Shown here piece by piece: positions 1 to 11,586 of a stretch of DNA of 64,000 bases. Origin of the DNA: Laetmonice hystrix (taxonomy: Eukaryota). Under the pieces are notes generated by a model. The model saw nothing but the letters and a program-made list of their open reading frames with translations, ran no database searches and was not told where the DNA came from. A program made the translations under genes and the position numbers. Every line of letters starts with the position of its first letter. The stretch's first letter is position 1. Location of the stretch: positions 806,001 to 870,000 of the forward strand of contig OZ249445.1 of assembly GCA_965235115.1 (NCBI GenBank). Reading direction: 5' to 3'.

Positions 1-315
1 TTCCTAGAAATATTCTCAATGAGTGCCTGCCTCAGTTGTCATGGTTTTGGCACGTCCAGCGTCTCTGGGTTGCCATAGTTTTACCACATTCACAGTTCAG
101 TACTGTTGATTCCTGTCTCTGAACGATTTGGAAAATAAGAATTGTGGGTATGCCACAAACGTGGCTGTAGACTGGGGGCCGGTGGTGGTGGATTGAATCC
201 ACTCAAGTACAACAGGTGAAGCACCACTGGGTGAATTAGAAACACTGGGAGATGACTGCCTGCCATGGTGTGTGAGGAACCCCCTCCCACTCCCCCAGCC
301 TGAGCCAGTCCCACA

Positions 316-510
316 GTGAGTGTATGGTGTGTGTTTGGGTGACCGGGTGTGGGGGTGTGTGTGTGTATGGTGTGTGTTTGTGTGACCGGGTGTGGGGGTG
401 TGTGTGTATGGTGTGTGTGGGGGTGACCAGGTGTGGGGATGTGTGTGGATGTGTGTGGGGGGTGGGCGGTGTTGAGTTGAGGGGCCAGTGTTTGTTTGTG
501 TTTGTGGGGG
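316..510. repeat. TG/G-rich low-complexity tract
   Basis: Degenerate (TG)n and GGGG runs starting at a GTGAGT motif (316); explains the His/Thr/Pro and Val/Cys pseudo-ORFs at 90-717. Confidence 0.8.
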
Positions 511-744
511 GTGGTCGCTGATATCAGTGTATCCAGGTAACAGGTAATCACCAACCTCGTCCTCCCCTGCCCTCGTGATTAACATCATACCCCCCCCCCC
601 CCACCAAACAGGGGGGGACTGGAGAGTCGGCTCACTGAGGTTAGATAATAGTAGTAATATCGGGTATGTATAGGCAGAGCCTGTTGGACCCGGTTTTGGG
701 TTGGTTTGCCCGAGCACGGCAGGTGTAGCTAGGGCAGCTCACAC

Positions 745-860
745 TTGTCTCTCTGCCAATCATTATCCAATCTGTGTTTGAATGTGTTGAGGGTTCCTGC
801 TTCTATCAAACTGTTGGGTAATTTGTTCCAATCATCGATAGCTCCTATACACAAGGATAA
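745..860 (-). mobile_element. Degenerate 3' fragment of a CR1/L2-like LINE ORF2
   Basis: Minus strand reads AIDDWNKLPNSLIEAGTLNTFKHRLDNDW, matching the typical R-V-I-x-x-W-N-x-L-P...L-N-x-F-K-x-R-L-D tail of CR1/L2 reverse transcriptases; short and apparently frameshifted upstream. Confidence 0.5.
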
Positions 861-939
861 TGGTCCCGCCCAGGTTAGATAACTGGGAGGGTGGGAGGGT
901 GGCATGGTGCACCCAGTGTTTGACCTTGACTTGAAGCGT

Positions 940-2397
940 GTCGTCTGCTGTGTCGGGGACCGAGTACTTGCTGTGACTGTGCACGTTTGTTATCAAACCG
1001 TCACGCTGTCGTCTGCTGGGAGTGCTGTGTCGGGGACCGAGTACTTGCTGTGACTGTGCACGTTTGTTATCAAACTGTCACACTGTCGTCTGCTGGGAGT
1101 GCTGTGTCGGGGACCGAGTACTTGCTGTGACTGTGCAGTTTGTTATCAAACCGTCACACTGTCGTCTGCTGGGAGTGCTGTGTCGGGGACCGAGTACTTG
1201 CTGTGACTGTGCACGTTTGTTATCAAACCGTCACACTGTCGTCTGCTGGGAGTGCTGTGTCGGGGACCGAGTACTTGCTGTGACTGTGCACGTTTGTTAT
1301 CAAACCGTCACACTGTCGTCTGCTGGGAGTGCTGTGTCGGGGACCGAGTACTTGCTGTGACTGTGCACGTTTGTTATCAAGCCGTCACACTGTCGTCTGC
1401 TGGGAGTGCTGTGTCGGGGACCGAGTACTTGCTGTGACTGTGCACGTTTGTTATCAAGCCGTCACACTGTCGTCTGCTGGGAGTGCTGTGTCGGGGACCG
1501 AGTACTTGCTGTGACTGTGCACGTTTGTTATCAGACTGCCACACTGTCGTCTGCTGGGAGTGCTGTGTCGGGGACCGAGTACTTGCTGTGACTGTGCACG
1601 TTTGTTATCAAACCGTCACACTGTCGTCTGCTGGGAGTGCTGTGTCGGGGACCGAGTACTTGCTGTGACTGTGCACGTTTGTTATCAAACCGTCACACTG
1701 TCGTCTGCTGGGAGTGCTGTGTCGGGGACCGAGTACTTGCTGTGACTGTGCACGTTTGTTATCAAACTGTCACACTGTCGTCTGCTGGGAGTGCTGTGTC
1801 GGGGACCGAGTACTTGCTGTGACTGTGCACGTTTGTGATCAAACCGTCACACTGTCGTCTGCTGGGAGTGCTGTGTCGGGGACCGAGTACTTGCTGTGAC
1901 TGTGCACGTTTGTTATCAAACCGTCACACTGTCGTCTGCTGGGAGTGCTGTGTCGGGGACCGAGTACTTGCTGTGACTGTGCACGTTTGTTATCAAACCG
2001 TCACACTGTCGTCTGCTGGGAGTGCTGTGTCGGGGACCGAGTACTTGCTGTGACTGTGCACGTTTGTTATCAAACCGTCACACTGTCGTCTGCTGGGAGT
2101 GCTGTGTCGGGGACCGAGTACTTGCTGTGACTGTGCACGTTTGTTATCAAACCGTCACACTGTCGTCTGCTGGGAGTGCTGTGTCGGGGACCGAGTACTT
2201 GCTGTGACTGTGCACGTTTGTTATCAAACCGTCACACTGTCGTCTGCTGGGAGTGCTGTGTCTGGGACCCAGTACTTGCTGTGACTGTGCACGTTTGTTA
2301 TCAAACCGTCACACTGTCGTCTGCTGGGAGTGCTGTGTCGGGGACCGAGTACTTGCTGTGACTGTGCACGTTTGTTATCAGACTGTCACACTCCCAG
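940..2397. repeat. 77-bp tandem minisatellite, ~19 copies
   Basis: Unit ctgtgtcggggaccgagtacttgctgtgactgtgcacgtttgttatcaaaccgtcacactgtcgtctgctgggagtg; starts at 948, 1025 ... 2333; generates the repeated 61-aa ORFs. Confidence 0.97.
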
Positions 2398-2636
2398 TTC
2401 CTGGTAGAGTAGTTCTGAGGTAGCTACACAGTGAAATCATGTTTCTTATTATTCTTAGTCAAGGATACCACATCTATAGAAGATGTTTTATTTAAGTATA
2501 CTTAAAGCCATTGTTGGTCAAATGTTGTGGACAGAGTGCTTATGTTGAGGCCACCAGACTAAATGTTTTGATATTTTTTTTTGTGAGCTGATGCAGTAAT
2601 AAAGACTGATTGATATAATGATATTGATGTTTACAG

Positions 2637-5600
2637 ATGACGATGCTGGCCCCGGTATTGACCAGGACGATGGTGACATCGTGTTTGTGAAGACGAGCCA
2701 GCTCCCTGTCAGCCCTATATGTATCAAGACAGACGATGAGGATGACGAGGAGGACATAATCTTTGTGTCTGTCACCAAACCTCGCATTCTGTCCGAGCCG
2801 GATACACCCACCTGGGACGTGGTCAAACCCAGACTCAACTCGCCGCTACCCGGACACGATGTGGCGGTCAAGGAGAGTCTGGACGGGTCACTGGACAGTA
2901 AAGATGGAGGTTTTAGAGTCCGGCAATCACAGGACGATACACACTCGAACAACTTGCCGATCGACATGACTGTAGGGGAGAGTAACAACAGTAAAACACA
3001 GCGGGCTGGGGGTAGTGTGTACGCTACGCTCCCGGACCACCCAGCCCCTAGTACCACAAAAGGTGGTGGGGGAACGGAAGACAATACGCTCCCAGACCTG
3101 CACCCAGCCCCTATTTCTATAAAAGGGGCCAGGGTGACGGAGGACAATACGCTCCCAGACCTACATCCGGCCCCTATTTCTATAAAAGGGGCCAAGGGGC
3201 CGGAGGACAATACACTTCCAGACCTGCATCCGGCCCCTATTTCTATAAAAGGGGCCAGGGTGACGGAGGACAATACGCTTCCAGACCTGCATCCGGCCCC
3301 TATTTCTATAAAAGGGGCCAGGGGGACAGAGGACAATACGCTCCCAGACCTACATCCGGCCTCCATGACTGTGTGTGATGATATCCTCAACACCAACAAA
3401 ACCCCAACTAGTATGCTTTGTGGCCAACAGGCGGATACAACCCGCTCACAGCTAGGGGGCAGCACCAACTCGGCAGGCGTGATAGGAGGAGAAAGAAACA
3501 GCACTGTCGAAGAGCTGCAAGCATTCCTCCCAGATCTTTTCATTGAGAACGATGGTGTTGCACGGGGCACAACATGGGATAGTGGTCAAGGTGCTGGGGG
3601 TCCGCTCCTGGCCTCCAGGGCGGTCGCTGGGACATCGACCTCGACGACGGTCAGTGCTACGAGCAGTGGTCAGTCTAATGCTATAGACTTAGCCAGGACT
3701 CCCAGAATGGTGCTTTCAGTCTCGGATATATTAAACAGTGGTAGTGGCACTGACGCGGTGTCCACAAGTGATAGGAGTACATTTATCACTTCCATATTCA
3801 GTGACGCACTGAATGCTACAGGTGTGACGGGAAGTCTTGGTGCCAATCGTGTCAGTGATAGCGGCACTGGTGACTCCAGCAATACTTCAGGTGTGATAAC
3901 GTTACCAACCTCATCATCTTCTACATCCTTCTCATCATCATCATCATCATCGTCATCATCAAGCACAGCATCTTCTCAGCCGCAGCCCTTGTCGTCAAGT
4001 TTCCCACTCGCCTGCTCCACCTCCCTGCCGAGTGACTTGGCTGGTGTCATCCCCCAGCCCCTCACATCTACGATAAGTCCCTGCGTCCTCCCACTACATC
4101 ATGTCTCTGCTGACCAGTCGTCACGGCCGAGCCTGCTGGTTGTTCCCACAGTTTCCTCTTCTTCCTGCCTTGGAACGTCGCTCAGCCCCACCCAGCAGTC
4201 GAGTGGACTCCCCTCACAAAGTCATGTCAGCTTCACTGCCGGTAATCCATCATTGGGTAGTCTGACCACTAAACCCCGCGTCGGATCCAGTCACAGTGTC
4301 CCGTCATCTCCAGTCGCTATAGTACAGCCAGTCTTCAAGCGTAGTGTTTCCTACATGCAATCCGATCCAAATCAAAACCATATTCCACTGAAGAAAAGAA
4401 AACGTTTACAACGGCGCACCGCAAAAACTGCCGGCGACTCAACCAACACAGCAGTCAGCCTCCAGACAGGAGGCAGTAAGTGTTCGTTTTGCCAGAATCT
4501 GGTGTGTTTCTCGAGGCTTTCACACTGCCTCCAGGGTCACGGCTGCTGCGGAGACTGCCTACAACAGAAGGTCAAGACCTTACTGTCCAAGGCCAAGCAG
4601 GTGCGTCTTACATTATGTAGACTTCACAGTTAGGGCTCCACAACCCTAACAAGGCAACTTTTTTCAGGGATCTTAATAATTATGTGTTTAAAGTGCATAA
4701 ATAATAGATGTATTTAGAAAGGAAATATGAGAGTGGGCTAATGAATATTTATGTCATGATTCAGTAATTTAATACAGTCTTGACCTACTTCAAATTTTAA
4801 GTCCTTTAACTACTCTGTTGAAATTGTGAATTGCCAAGTGTAGTGGTCGTTGTGGTCCTGTGTACAGTGTACGTGAACATTGCCTATAATATTCCAGGGC
4901 TCCTTGAAGTGTCCTCTCACGTCGTGCGCAAGCTACTTCCCAATGAGTAAGTATCCTGTTCAAAACAGGTTCCTCTAATTAACACACTCCTTCTATTAAC
5001 ACTCTTCCTTCCATACAGTGTTTGTGATTGGATGCCCTCAGTTGTTGCAATGTTTGTGATTGGATGCCCTCAGTTGTTGCAATGTTTGTGATTGGATGCC
5101 AGGTAGTTGTTAGAATGTTTGTGATTGGAAGCCAGCACTTGTTACAATGTTTGTGATTGGATGGCAGTTAGTTGTTACAATGTTTGTGATTGGATGCCAG
5201 GTAGTTGTTACAATGTTTGTGATTGGATGGCAGTTAGTTGTTAGAATGTTTGTGATTGGATGCCAGGTAGTTGTTACAATGTTTGTGATTGGATGCCAGG
5301 TAGTTGTTACAATGTTTGTGATTGGATGCCAGGTAGTTGTTACAATGTTTGTGATTGGATGCCAGTTAGTTGTTACAGTGTTTGTGATTGGATGCCCTCA
5401 GTTGTTACAATGTTTGTGATTGGATGCCCTCAGTTGTTACAATGTTTGTGATTGGATGCCCTCAGTTGTTACAATGTTTGTGATTGGATGCCAGGCAGTT
5501 GTTAGAATGTTTGTGATTGGATGCCAGTTAGTTGTTACAATGTTTGTGATTGGATGCCCTCAGTTGTTACAATGTTTGTGATTGGATGCCAGGCAGTTGT

Positions 5601-8600
5601 TGCAATGTTTGTGATTGGATGCCAGTTAGTTGTTAGAATGTTTGTGATTGGATGGCAGTTAGTTGTTAGAATGTTTGTGATTGGATGGCAGTTAGTTGTT
5701 AGAATGTTTGTGATTGGATGCCAGGCAGTTGTTACAATGTTTGTGATTGGATGGCAGTTAGTTGTTAGAATGTATGTGATTGGATGCCCTCAGTTGTTAG
5801 AATGTTTGTGATCGGATGCCAGGCAGTTGTTACAATGTTTGTGATTGGATGCCAGGCAGTTGTTAGAATGTTTGTGATTGGATGGCAGTTAGTTGTTAGA
5901 ATGTTTGTGATTGGAAGCCAGCACTTGTTACAATGATTATGACAATGTTTTTGATTGGATGCAGGCCAGCTCCAGCAGACCCTGCCTCCCATGGTGGTGG
6001 AGATCCTCGAGGAGAAGCTGGACCGTGAATACATTGACTACGCAGCTGACCTCGTCTGGCAGAACCTCGGCGAGTCGTCAGGTGGCCGAGGTGGTGAGGA
6101 TGAGGACGAGGATGATGTGGAGACAGACACTGAGACGGGAGAGGGCGGAGAGTCAGTGGCTGGTCTTAGTAAGGAGCCAAGCTTGGTGGCCTTGCCGTCA
6201 CACTGGGACCCCATGGACGACCCCTCGGTAAGGCCCTTCCTATCATGTTCACGGCAGACAAGCCAATGACAAGGCACTCTTTTAGGGAAAATCTTTATCA
6301 GGCTCGGCAGTATCTCAAATCAGGCAGGTTCACCGGACGGTTCGTGTGGGGTTCACATTGACTCTGTATTGGTGTGTGTTCACATTGACCATGTTCCATT
6401 GTCTGACTCTGTATTGGTGTGTGTTCACATTGACCATGTTCCATTGTCTGACTCTGTATTGGTGTGTGTTCACATTGACCATGTTCCATTGTCTGACTCT
6501 GTATTGGTGTGTGTGTGTTCACATTGACCATGTTCCATTGTCTGACTCTGTATTGGTGTGTGTTCACATTGACCATGTTCCATTGTCTGACTCTGTATTG
6601 GTGTGTGTTCACATTGACCATGTTCCATTGTCTGACTCTGTATTGGTGTGTGGGGGGTTCACATTGACCATGTTCCATTGTCTGACTCTGTATTGGTGTG
6701 TGTTCACATTGACCATGTTCCATTGTCTGACTCTGTATTGGTGTGTGTTCACATTGACCATGTTCCATTGTCTGACTCTGTATTGGTGTGTGTTCACATT
6801 GACCATGTTCCATTGTCTGACTCTGTATTGGTGTGTGTTCACATTGACCATGTTCCATTGTCTAACTCTGTATTGGTGTGTGTTCACATTGACCATGTTC
6901 CATTGTCTGACTCTGTATTGGTGTGTGTTCACACTGACCATGTTCCATTGTCTGACTCTGTATTGGTGTGTGTGTGTGTGTGGTGTGTGTTCACATTGAC
7001 CATGTTCCATTGTCTGACTCTGTATTGGTGTGTGTTCACATTGACCATGTTCCATTGTCTGACTCTGTATTGGTGTGTGTTCACATTGACCATGTTCCAT
7101 TGTCTGACTCTGTATTGGTGTGTGTTCACATTGACCATGTTCCATTGTCTGACTCTGTATTGGTGTGTGTTCACATTGACCATGTTCCATTGTCTGACTC
7201 TGTATTGGTGTGTGTTCACATTGACCATGTTCCATTGTCTGACTCTGTATTGGTGTGTGTTCACATTGACCATGTTTCATTGTCTGACTCTGTATTGGTG
7301 TGTGTTCACATTGACCATGTTCCATTGTCTGACTCTGTATTGGTGTGTGTTCACATTGACCATGTTTCATTGTCTGACTCTGTATTGGTGTGTGTTCACA
7401 TTGACCATGTTCCATTGTCTGACTCTGTATTGGTGTGTGTTCACATTGACCATGTTCCATTGTCTGACTCTGTGTTGGTGTGTGTTCACATTGACCATGT
7501 TCCATTGTCTGACTCTGTATTGGTGTGTGTTCACATTGACCATGTTCCATTGTCTGACTCTGTATTGGTGTGTGTTCACACAGGGTTTCAAGAAGGTGAC
7601 ACTCGTGGAAGGCAGTGTAGAGTATGAGGAGATATTTAACTCCTTTGACCTTTCCATGGGTTCCCGCTATAACAGAATTATCAGCATCAGTCGCATTCAA
7701 AACCCAATTCTCTGGCAATTCTACAGCATGTGAGTACTTTGTTTATTCTCAGATCCAACCTTTAGATAGTAAACAAAACTTGGCTCAAAGACAAAGTATT
7801 TGAACAAAAGAAAGAAGTTTAAGAAAAGAATAATTTTGACCCTGCTTAACGTGGGCAGCGGGGCTGTGTGTGTGTGGTGTTTAGTGCAGTGACTCAGACT
7901 TAAACAGACTGTTGTTTGGGGTCCGCAGGAGGCGGATGCAGATGGTTATGGAGAATGGTGGAGAAGCGGTACTGGAGAAACAACTTTGTCATGGGACGAG
8001 TAACAACGTTGTTGACGCCATCTGTAAATCTAACTTTGACTGGCGCCTGTGTGGAGCTCACGGGACTCTCTATGGACAAGGTAATATCTCAATGACAGGT
8101 GGGCTAAGGATGTCATGGTTGTTTCGGTAATTGTATAGACTCACATTGTTTATGTGATAATTTTGTTTGTGTTTACCTGTTTTGCCACCAAAGAGACTTG
8201 ATAAGGAGCTGCCTTGATGTGAATGTAGCTTTTGGTGAAGTTTGAGGTTGATGATTGTCAATTACCACACTTAATTAAGAAATCTGTATTTGTAATCATG
8301 TTCAGGGTCGTACTTTGCCCGTGATGCCGCGTACTCACACCTGTACACGGACAATGCTCGCAGCTACTCGCAGCAGGCCAGACTACGTCGGCAGACCCAG
8401 CAGATGTACCAGCTACGCCTTCAGTATGTCCAGGACTTTCACAATCAGCGGCAGAGACAGAGACATCAGCCGCTCACCGCTCTCCTACCCAAACCACCCC
8501 CGGCCCACCAGAAGGCTGCGCGGCCCTCATCCTCCTCCACCTCCGCCGCAGGCCAACTCGCAAACTCTCAGTCCCAGACTGCAGGCCTATTCACAACAGG

Positions 8601-8982
8601 TTCGCTGAAGTCAGCCCAACCAGTTCCTGTGGCCAGTACCAGTACGGGTTTGGTGGGTTCGGGACCCTCAAACAATCGACTCATGATGTTAGCAAGTCTT
8701 CTTGGTGGTGTATACAGTCAGAACTCCACAGACCTCACCGCTCAGAAGTTGAACTTTCATAGCATGTTCATTGCCAAGGTACTCGTCGGTCAGTACACAC
8801 ACGGCAAAACCCAGTACCGTAAACCGCCGCCGTTAGATGTCAACCAGCCGTTTGGCAGGTGCTATGATACTTGCGTTGACAACATCTGTGAACCAAAGAT
8901 ATTTGTGGTGTTTGACAGTGCTCAGAGCTATCCCGAGTACCTGATAGAATATACCACGGTCGTCTCTCAGTCCGGTGTATAG
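2637..8982 (+). CDS. SIM- and RING-containing PARP12/TIPARP-like mono-ADP-ribosyltransferase (5' end uncertain)
   Basis: Exons 2637-4600, 4898-4946, 5965-6227, 7584-7729, 7929-8080, 8306-8982, all GT-AG and phase-consistent. RING: CSFC-x11-C-x3-H-x2-C-x2-C-x18-CPLTSC, split over exons 1-2. PARP motifs: LPSHWDPM, RIQNPILWQFY, LCHGT, NFDWRLCGAHGTLYGQGSYFARDAAYSH, MFIAKVLVG, YDTCVDN, PKIFVVF, QSYPEYLIEY. The 2637 acceptor is phase 1, so an upstream exon is probably missing; an in-frame ATG at 2618 is the alternative. Confidence 0.88.
3074..3363 (+). repeat. Coding tandem repeat, 63 bp / 21 aa x5 (TEDNTLPDLHPAPISIKGARV)
   Basis: Directly visible in ORF 2618-4633, in frame, inside the disordered N-terminal region. 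Confidence 0.95.
5019..5962. repeat. 32/33-bp intronic minisatellite, ~28 copies, ending in the exon acceptor
   Basis: Unit tgtttgtgattggatgccaggtagttgttacaa with variants; the last degenerate copy supplies tttttgattggatgcag|5965. Confidence 0.95.
6344..7580. repeat. 45-bp intronic minisatellite, ~27 copies, abutting the acceptor at 7583
   Basis: Unit ctctgtattggtgtgtgttcacattgaccatgttccattgtctga; contains no AG on the sense strand. Confidence 0.97.
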
Positions 8983-9155
8983 GTAATACGTGTGTCGATA
9001 GGGTACAGGGTGGTAATGACAACAGGGACCCAACCCACCATAACCCGAGTACCTGATAGAATATACGACGGTCGTGTCTCAGTCCGGTGTATAGGTAATA
9101 CGTGTGTCGATAGGGTACAAGGTGGTAATGACAACAGGGACCCAACCCATCATAA
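8932..9155. repeat. 112-bp direct duplication spanning the PARP stop codon
   Basis: cccgagtacctgatagaata...caccataa at 8932 and again at 9044; the second copy repeats PEYLIEY-coding sequence in the 3' UTR. Confidence 0.9.
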
Positions 9156-10260
9156 CCAACATGATGTTCCCCGCTGCAATAACAGCTGTCGAGGCTTGAC
9201 CGATGTGCAAGTAACCACGAATTTTCTTTTGTTTTCTCATTAAGTTATTAAAATAGAATATCATCCATAGTCGTGCTGTTATTACTGCCAAACATTTGTA
9301 TACCAGTATGATGTATAACGAAGATGATGGTGAGAAATATCTTTGGTTTGTGGTGGATACGTGTGTTACATTGTGTCACCTACTGGCAGTTGTTTGGACG
9401 GTACGAGCATGGGGAGTCATGCAGGCCGTCAATGGTTACGTCGCTATGCACAGGTTATTGTGTTGAAGTATGTCAGTCTAAGCCAGCTGGCGGCTCGGAG
9501 AGGCTCATCGTGTAGTTAACGCTGTCGACATGTCTCAGAGAGACTTCAAACGTAAAATATACCATGTCTTAACTGGACTGAGGGATTCTACCGAGTGTTG
9601 ATGGTGCAAAAAGTCTGTTTGAGGCTTTCTTGTTGATTTTATGTAGTGTCCAGGTCGTTTGCTATCTATAGATTGCTTCATCTAATTTGTTAAACACAAG
9701 ATGTTGTACGAACTTATTTATTGCATAATGTTTCACATCTACACAATGCTCCGGACTTGTAGAGGTTTGAGGGGCAGTATATGATGTTGGTTTTCTTGAT
9801 AAAACTGGCAAAAAAAAAAGCTGGCAAAAAAACCAAAACCAAAAAAATTGTTATTGTGCTTTTAGTTTAGGCTTTAGTTGAATCTGGTAAAGCTGATGAT
9901 TTATAATTTTGAAAATCAATGAAAAAAGGATTGCTTACTGAGTAAATATATAGTGATTTTAAAATCCATTACCATATGGGATGGTATTTGAGTTGTTGTG
10001 AATGGTACGGTGGATAGAGGAGATGTATACCAATATTGTAATAGAGATATACATCTGTACATTAGACAGGGTTACGGTACGCAAGGAGAGAATGCAGGAA
10101 GAAAAACAAATGATGTCATATTATCTTTTGGTTAAAAATCGTAAACGTTGGCAAAGCTACAGGCCTCTTCAAATTCTACAACCCTTTAGATGTTCAACTT
10201 CCTTTCCAACCCAAGATGTCTGCAAGCTCTTGAACTTTGTGACGACGAGGAGCAATTTAC

Positions 10261-10700
10261 CCAACGTGTCCGGAGTATCATTTACCGAACGTGTCCGGAG
10301 TATCATTTACCGAACGTGTCCGGAGTATCATTTACCGAACGTGTCCGGAGTATCATTTACCGAACGTGTCCGGAGTATCATTTACCGAACGTGTCCGGAG
10401 TATCATTTACCGAACGTGTCCGGAGTATCATTTACCGAACGTGTCCGGAGTATCATTTACCCAACGTGTCCGGAGTATCATTTACTGAACGTGTCTGGAG
10501 TATAATTTACCTAACGTGTCCGGAGTATCATTTACCTAACGTGTCCGCAGTATCATTTACCTAACGTGTCCGGAGTATCATTTACCCATCGTGTAGCCAG
10601 TGTCATTTACCCATCATGTAAAGAGTATCACCCATCATGTAGCAAGTGTCATCACGTAGTATCATTTATCTCTGTGTCATTTATCTCATGTAAGGATTAC
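10261..10700. repeat. 25-bp minisatellite, ~13 good copies decaying to the right
   Basis: Unit cgaacgtgtccggagtatcatttac. Confidence 0.95.
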
Positions 10701-11259
10701 CATTTACCCATTGTTGGCGGTAAATGCCCTTCATAAGGAGTGCCATTTACCCACCAGGCAGAGCTCATGAGTGGTTCAATCAAGGTAGTCTAACGTATGC
10801 CGATAATGTAGCCTTGAATGGATGGGGATATTCTTAGTTTCTAATTTATTGCTTTAAAAAGAGATCTTTGTGGTCAACCATCTTTGAATCTGTAACCTTG
10901 TGCTTGTTTATATGGAACATTTTGTATTCAGATAGTTACCTTGCCATTAGGAGAAACGGTTGAAATGTGACATGAAATGTTCCATATGTTTGGTAATGTG
11001 ACCAGATGTTGAAAATGGCGGGATTCCAAGACATTTCCCGGTAACAGCAAACAGGTGGAGCAGTTGTGATTCTGCAAGAAAACGCACCATGAATTAGAGA
11101 AAAGATGGTTTGCTGGCACTTTATGAGTAGGGCAGATGGAGTAAAAACGTGTGAAGTTGATGAGTACATTTAAATGAGAATTAATCATGACGTTTGTTGG
11201 AACGCACGAGCTGACTGCGACGTGATCGATGTCGTCTGCCCTTGTAGTTGTGTTCTCCT

Positions 11260-11275
11260 CCACCAGAGGGCGTTA
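11260..11275 (+). promoter_or_regulatory. CTCF-like motif (intergenic)
   Basis: CCACCAGAGGGCGTTA matches the CCASYAGRKGGCRS core; further similar motifs at 12511 and 13876. Motif match only. Confidence 0.4.
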
Positions 11276-11523
11276 GTGCATTACCTTAAATCTCCTCATT
11301 GTGGGATATGATGGCACAAGTGATAGAAGACTGTGCCAGAATGACATGCTTGGAGTAATATAAAATATGTGATTAGTCGGTGCTGTACGGTAAGGCGGCG
11401 TGGGGACCAACAACTCCATGCATACTGTCTGACCATCAACGGATTTGATCATTGCAACGCTTTGATATCAGATAAAACACTTATTTCATGTCCAATGTTG
11501 ACATGTGTACATACATGTGAGAG

Positions 11524-11565
<42 letters not shown>

Positions 11566-11586
11566 TGAGAGTGTGTGTGAGTGAGT
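11524..11586. repeat. (GA)n/(GT)n microsatellite
   Basis: Direct sequence. Confidence 0.95.

Noticed and set aside
1022-2361. Series of 61-aa Cys-rich ORFs
   Set aside because: Artefact of translating a 77-bp repeat; identical peptides recur in rotating frames.
880-2420. Collapsed-array reading frames on either strand (MVHPVFDLDLK... or NYSTRNWECD...) as a disrupted exon
   Set aside because: Both are short (55-70 codons) with weak splice signals and no recognisable motif, so they cannot be told from chance.
2518-3966. Minus-strand ORFs (350 aa, 98 aa)
   Set aside because: Antisense shadows of the long low-complexity exon; no recognisable motifs.
6298-7733. Long repetitive ORFs (186-369 aa) on both strands
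   Set aside because: Produced by the stop-poor 45-bp array; only the final 7584-7729 segment is a real PARP exon.
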